A stretch of DNA of 64,000 bases from Bugula neritina. Taxonomy: Eukaryota; Animalia; Bryozoa. The stretch covers positions 3,984,707 to 4,048,706 of the forward strand of contig OZ037767.1 in NCBI GenBank assembly GCA_964035545.1, in the 5' to 3' direction. The translations under genes were made by a program, and so were the position numbers. Positions 58,601 through 64,000 of the stretch are shown piece after piece. Under the pieces are notes generated by a model, which worked only from the letters and a program-made list of their open reading frames with translations, was not told the origin of the DNA and made no database searches. Numbering within the stretch: the stretch's first letter is position 1; each line of letters starts with the position of its first letter.

Positions 58601-61600
58601 AAAAGTCATTAGAAAATGGAAACAATGGTGAGTAGGCTACTAACCAATCAATCAGTCAATAGATCAATCGCCACTAACCAATTATTCAACCAATAAATCT
58701 ACTAAGTCACTAATCTACATAAGTCCTAAAGGTTTCTAGCTAATTCTAAATAAGTTTAGCTATACTATTTCTTACCCCATTATTCTTTTATTGTGGGCTT
58801 CTCTTTTTCTTGCAGCCACAAAATCTTCATTTCATCAACTCTGATTTTTGTGTGCAGTGACCTATAAGAGACCCAAAATCTGAGGCAAATAATAACTTCT
58901 ATTGGTGTTATTGAAATTAGCTAACTATTATAAAACAAGTAACTGTTATGGTTGATGCTGCATTTTCAATTGTTTAAAGATTCTGGCTCTGTTTTATTAT
59001 ATGCTTTCAAAATTATAATTTTCTTGAGCAGAAGTTTTAGCAAAATAATCAATTTTTTGGCAGAAATTTTTGAATTGATCTGGCCAAAATTATTTTTTTG
59101 AAAACATATGTTTAGGAACCTTAGAAAACCTGATAGAAAATAGGGGTGTCTCCAGTATACCCCCTCCTATTGGCACCTCAGCCACTTCAAGCTCTGAGTC
59201 TACAGCTGCTGTCAATAAACACTCTACAGCTGCACACAATGGAGCCGCCATATTGGATGAGAACACATATGAGAACAGCACCAGAATTGCAGTAGAAAGC
59301 TTACAGGATTTAATTCGGTATGAAAAGGAGAAATTTCCAGAAGACCCTTTCAAACAAGAATTCATGGTAAGTTGCAGAGAAATTCCTCTCCTTTACTAGA
59401 TTTGATAGACACAGCTTTAATAAATAAGTAAGCTACAGTTTTTATTCATTTATGTTTGTAAAACGCAAAAATTATTCAAAAAATTTTGATTTGTGGAAAT
59501 TAGGTTTTATATAGAAATTATCACCTTCTATTTTTTGCTTGTTTCACTAGAGATTAGAGTCAGCTAAATTGAAGTGTGACGAAGGCAGAACACCAGAAAC
59601 TACACCCAAGAACCGGTTTAAGAACATCACCCCGTGTAAGTGCAACAAGCATAAACTTGAACTAGCTGTTGAAAGACTTTTTGCATTATATATTCTAAAT
59701 ACCCGCAGTATTAAAAATTATCTTATTTAGTTATGTAATACTGGAATTAGTTTACCCATGTACATTACTGGCAGGTAGGCAAATTAGTTTCAACATAAAT
59801 ATATGTTTTATAAGTGAAGCATTGAATCACAATTTGAATAGTGTCAGTTGAAAATTTCATACTCTCAGAAAAGCTAATGAGCATAAAGTTTTGTTTATAA
59901 AATTTGTAATATAAGATAGCAAACTTGTTTTATGAGTGCATTATGTAAAGATAAATAAAATCTTTCCTAGATATATCTATTTTCTTAAATTGTAAAGCAT
60001 TTGTTCACAGTGTGCAAAACAATTTTTGATAGTTATAAAAATTAAATTTTAAGCTGTTTAATTATCAAAAGGTGTTGAGTACATTTCATGTTTAGTGACA
60101 AATGCTGTGCAACTGAATATAGTACTACAAGATAGTATCTGTTGCACTAATAGAACCGTGTAGTGAATGACTCATTAGTATATCATGTAATAAATTACTA
60201 TTTGGTAGGAGTATCAAGGGAATGACTTATTAGTAGACCTTGTAGTAAATGGTTCATGAAAAGTATTAGATGCTTTCTTTGTATATTTTTCAGTTAATGA
60301 GAACAGAGTGAAATTAGAAGTAACTAGCAGACACAAATCTGACTATGTTAATGCATCTTATATCAAAGTAAGTGCAGGAGTACTGAAAACCTAACATTTC
60401 TATAAATAACTTGAAATCTTAAATGCAGCAGAAATAAAAGCACTATAGTGGTGAACTGTGATTCGCTTTTAGTTCTGCTTTCTCGCCATTTTCCACTTAA
60501 TCATTTAATTCTTCTGTGTTGTGCATAGGGCTTGACTCAATCAGTTATTTGCGTCTTTAGTTGCATTTTAAATAAATATTACTCGCATATTTTAGTCACC
60601 CATTTCTATTTAAAACGTTTCTATAATTTGATTATATCCCAAATATAGTTTACGTGCTTATTTTAGGTTTACTCTGTGTGAAATTAACATATGCTTAAAT
60701 TTATAGCTGAGTTCTGTTACAAGAGTAATTAAAATTGATCTTTCTCCCTGAAAGCTACAGTTATTATAACGGCCTAGCATTTAAATGTGAGAAATACTGT
60801 TTGCATGTAACATACAGATTTACTCATAACATATTCTTAGCTGCTTTACGAACTCAATGTAAATAGCCTGCTGTAATTTCAACAGGAGTAAACACTTTTT
60901 TTACTTTTTATCTGATGTATTACTTTTGCAGGATTTCTACAAACCTGATTACTACAAGTTTATAGCAGCTCAAGGTACACCAGTTTAATAACTACTTTAA
61001 TTATTCCACACACTTGTTAACCATTAATATTTTAATGTATGTTCATTGTCTATTTAAAAATTAAAAATTGTAACAGATATGTTCCATATGAATTGCTTTA
61101 TAGCATATGGATCATACAATTGCCAAGTTTTATCTATAAAATCTACATATTGAAATATTTAACTGCGAATAATGTAATTATATGGTATCGCATAATGTTA
61201 TGTAATATTATCTATTCTGATATATAAGTATATTATCCAGTGTTATGTAATATTGTATATCAAGTAATGTTGGTTCAGGTCCAAAAGAAGGAACAGCTGT
61301 AGACATGTGGAGACTGATACACGACACCAGAGCAAACACTGTTGTAATGCTTACTAATTTGGTAGAGGGTGGCAAGGTTTGTGTAGAGCATAGAAATCAT
61401 GCCTTGTGTTATAATTCCATCAACTACAGGGTGCATTTTATTCATGTTCCTCATTGTACTGTCAAATACAAAGGATACAAAGGTCTTTATATTTTAGTGA
61501 CTAAATATTGCTTTAAAATTGTTTTCAAGCAGTTATTTTATTTCCAGATGAAATACATGCTTATGTAGTGTCATCAGCATGCTTTCTAGTTAAACAGTTG

Positions 61601-63791
61601 TCTTGCAAGACAACTGTTTAACTAGAAATCATGTGACTGAACTAAACATAAGTTAGACAGCTGCAAAATGTTAATTTAATGGTAATTGTTGCAGAAGAAA
61701 TGCTGGCAATATTGGCCCTCCAAAGTATCAGAGTCAATAAAATTTGAAGATTACACTGTGACTTTACTGGAGGAGCAAGTATACGCCTTGTATATTGTGA
61801 GAAAACTTTCCTATACTGTGAACAATGTAAGTACTATACTGTAGACAGTGTAAGGAATATATATTGTAAGCAATGAAAGTAATATACTGCAAACAGTGTA
61901 AGCAATATACTGTAAACAATGTATGTAATAGACTGTAAACAATGTAAGCAGTTTACAGTGAGGTGTGAGTTACCTAAAGTATCTACTATAAATACCGCAA
62001 CTGATTATAATGCATTATAATAGACAAAAGAAATTAATTACTAGTTCACCTGTAATTATTATTGCCAAAACATGTGTTGCTGAAATGTAAATTTAAAACT
62101 TTGCCTTTTGTGTTTTGCTAAGCTTGAAATGTTATTATGGGATACTTCTCAATGGTTGCCATCTTGTAGTGACCACCATTTTGTAACATGAAACTAGTTT
62201 GTTGCAGCTGCCATCTTGGAACATGGCACCATATTTAGAATGTATTACTGCACTTATTGCACATCAGTACACAGTTCTTAAAGATACCTATATAACAGAA
62301 TATCATTATTTCATATTTGTTAGCTAATATATTAGGTGATGTTTTATAATACAGATAAAAAGACAAACCACTCTTTTTCATTACACAAAGTGGTATGATC
62401 ATGACATTCCTTCTTCTGCTGGCCTGCTTAGCTTTAGATCCAGAGTTAGACAACACTACGGTTCCAGTACCACCCCCATTATAGTACACTGCAGGTAGTC
62501 TAACAATATTTTATCTATTCTGAAGTATCCAATTATTTCTTTTAAAATGCTCTAAATCAGCAATATCCTAAAGTTGATTTAATGCATTTTTATGAAAATT
62601 ATGACACATGTTTACTGCTTTGAATGAGCCTTTTTTCAAATTACGTTTTATGGTTTATTATTCTTTGGAAAATTAGTAATTATAACATTGAGCTCTAAAA
62701 TAAAGCAAGAAGTATCCAGGCATTAGTTTGACCAATGCAAATACTGTATACTATTTCACAGTGCTGGGGTTGGCAGAACAGGAACATACATTGCTCTGGA
62801 GAATCTCATTGACGAGGCTCATGACAAGAGAAACCACCACAAGACAGTAGATGTGTTTGCTTGTGTAAACAGACTCCGACACCAAAGAACTCTCATGGTA
62901 CAAACTGCTGTGAGTATTACTTCATCTAATATTCTGAGGTGTGCTGAAGCTTGACATGTGGAATTAAGGAAGTTGTTGAACTCAACATTTTACACAGATA
63001 TATATAATATCTTTGGTTTGTTGCAATCCTGGCTAATGCATTAGTATAACGACTATCATAATATCTTTTTGACTTTATGTAATTGGGAAGTTAGTAACAA
63101 TGTGTATGATTTTGTGTTACACAGCATTATATTGTTTGTCATTGATTTATTCCTGAAAATATTTTTGTCATAATGTATTTTTTAATCTTTAGCGGTACAA
63201 ATATTTGATTACATGCTACATGTTTATAATTTTAGGATCAGTACGCATTCCTGTACGACATGGTGTCAGAGGCTCTGTCTTGTGGTGATACCGTCATTCC
63301 GGCTGGTAATTTCAATCAACAGATACGCCAATGGAGAGTTGTAAGTTTATTGCAGTGTTCAGTTCTACTCTTGGATCGAATGAATATTCAGTCACATAAA
63401 TATAACTAAACCGTTACTAAACTTTGAAGGAGGAAGTCACATTTATTGCTGCAATACTTGATCAAAACAATAAAAGTTGCACTTTTTATATACAACAGGG
63501 CTGGGCTGTATGTTTAATATAATCTGCAGAATTATCTGCCAGATTTATAATGTGCAATGTAGTACACTGAACCTGTAGTCCTCATCAATTAGCAAGGGAT
63601 GTCATGTTGGCAGATTTGAAGCTGTACTATGGCTGTGACTCTATTTTAGCCAAATGGTAAAAACTCAAAAACTGAAATCTCCAATCAGTTTGAAAAATTG
63701 AACAAAACTCTAAAAGTTTCCCCCAAGAATACGTCTGCAGCTGAACAACCAGAAAATGTTAGTCTGAACAGAGATCTGAAAGTGCTGCCTT
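52621..63791 (+). CDS. Receptor-type protein tyrosine phosphatase with 2 PAN/apple domains, TM, D1 and start of D2; continues beyond the window. Exons 52621-52669, 54219-54488, 54783-55025, 55866-56360, 56615-56950, 57126-57223, 57364-57556, 58209-58353, 58581-58627, ~59116/59125-59366, 59551-59635, 60294-60367, 60932-60974, 61279-61376, 61695-61826, 62355-62494, 62762-62909, 63236-63340, 63650-63791
   Basis: Signal peptide MYRIIIIFFGILHLSTTQSEA. PAN motifs DCRDQCVDESSFICAAINY...CELL and DCMTECLRD...CRSIGID...CDLF. TM AIIGGVMGALILVLIVSIVSILFVF-KRR. PTP motifs KNRFKNI, DYVNASY, IAAQGP, MWRLI, VMLTNLVE, KCWQYWP, WYDHDIP, VHCSAGVGRTG and MVQTADQY. Confidence 0.92.
53437..53524. mobile_element. 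Truncated inverted copy of MITE-like family A
   Basis: TTATGCGAATGGATTTTTCA...GATGAAACCACAATCATA...CCACAAATTCATC matches the reverse complement of ~14430-14525. Confidence 0.55.
53978..54150. repeat. (TTTATA)n AT-rich simple repeat
   Basis: Direct observation. Confidence 0.9.
61583..61628. repeat. Perfect 46-nt palindrome in PTP intron
   Basis: tttctagttaaacagttgtcttg|caagacaactgtttaactagaaa; extends to 61578-61633 with one mismatch. Confidence 0.95.
61812..61949 (+). repeat. ~23-nt degenerate tandem repeat (6 copies) spanning a PTP splice donor
   Basis: Unit TATACTGTAAACAAT|GTAAGYAA. The first copy is the exon end TATACTGTGAACAAT|gtaagt (61826/61827). Confidence 0.85.
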
Positions 63792-64000
63792 GTAAGTCAT
63801 GTCACTTCATATTTTGTCTCAAATAGTGCAACAGTATTAGAAGATATAGAATACTTGCCTTTTTGAAAAGTTTTAATGTTTTCAGTTGTTATAGTTCGAA
63901 TTGCCCAACGCTTGACTTTTCTCGCTTTATCTTTAATTTATATTGAGGAAAAAAACATAAGCTATCTAAAACACTAAATTTTGCAAGTTATACTACTATA

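Overview
Gene-dense, AT-rich animal genomic DNA with short spliceosomal introns. It looks like a compact invertebrate genome, but the species cannot be fixed from sequence alone. I assembled ten gene models by hand from GT-AG sites and frame continuity, in order: a ComEA-type helix-hairpin-helix protein with a basic R/S/K tail (-, runs off the left edge); an orphan with a YxxxxLL eIF4E-binding-like motif (+); cornichon CNIH (-); PSMC1/Rpt2 (+); WDR74 (-); RRBP1/kinectin-like (+); a His/Arg-rich orphan (+); SAMD15-like (+); an MRH-domain CD-MPR/ATG27-like receptor (-); and a receptor PTP with PAN/apple ectodomains (+, runs off the right edge). Four pairs are head-to-head. Mobile DNA comprises a 1.8-kb non-autonomous hAT-type element (16-bp TIR, 8-bp TSD), a tRNA-derived SINE and two small MITE-like families. 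The most unusual signal is in three unrelated genes, where the exon-intron junction itself has been tandemly amplified into the intron: 14 donor copies in PSMC1, 5 acceptor copies in the MRH gene and 6 donor-like copies in the PTP. Also notable are long near-perfect palindromes just upstream of 3' splice sites, an RFX X-box array in the SAMD15-like gene, and 6-nt-periodic ACT/AGT tracts in promoter-proximal introns. Coordinates were counted by eye and may be off by a few bases.
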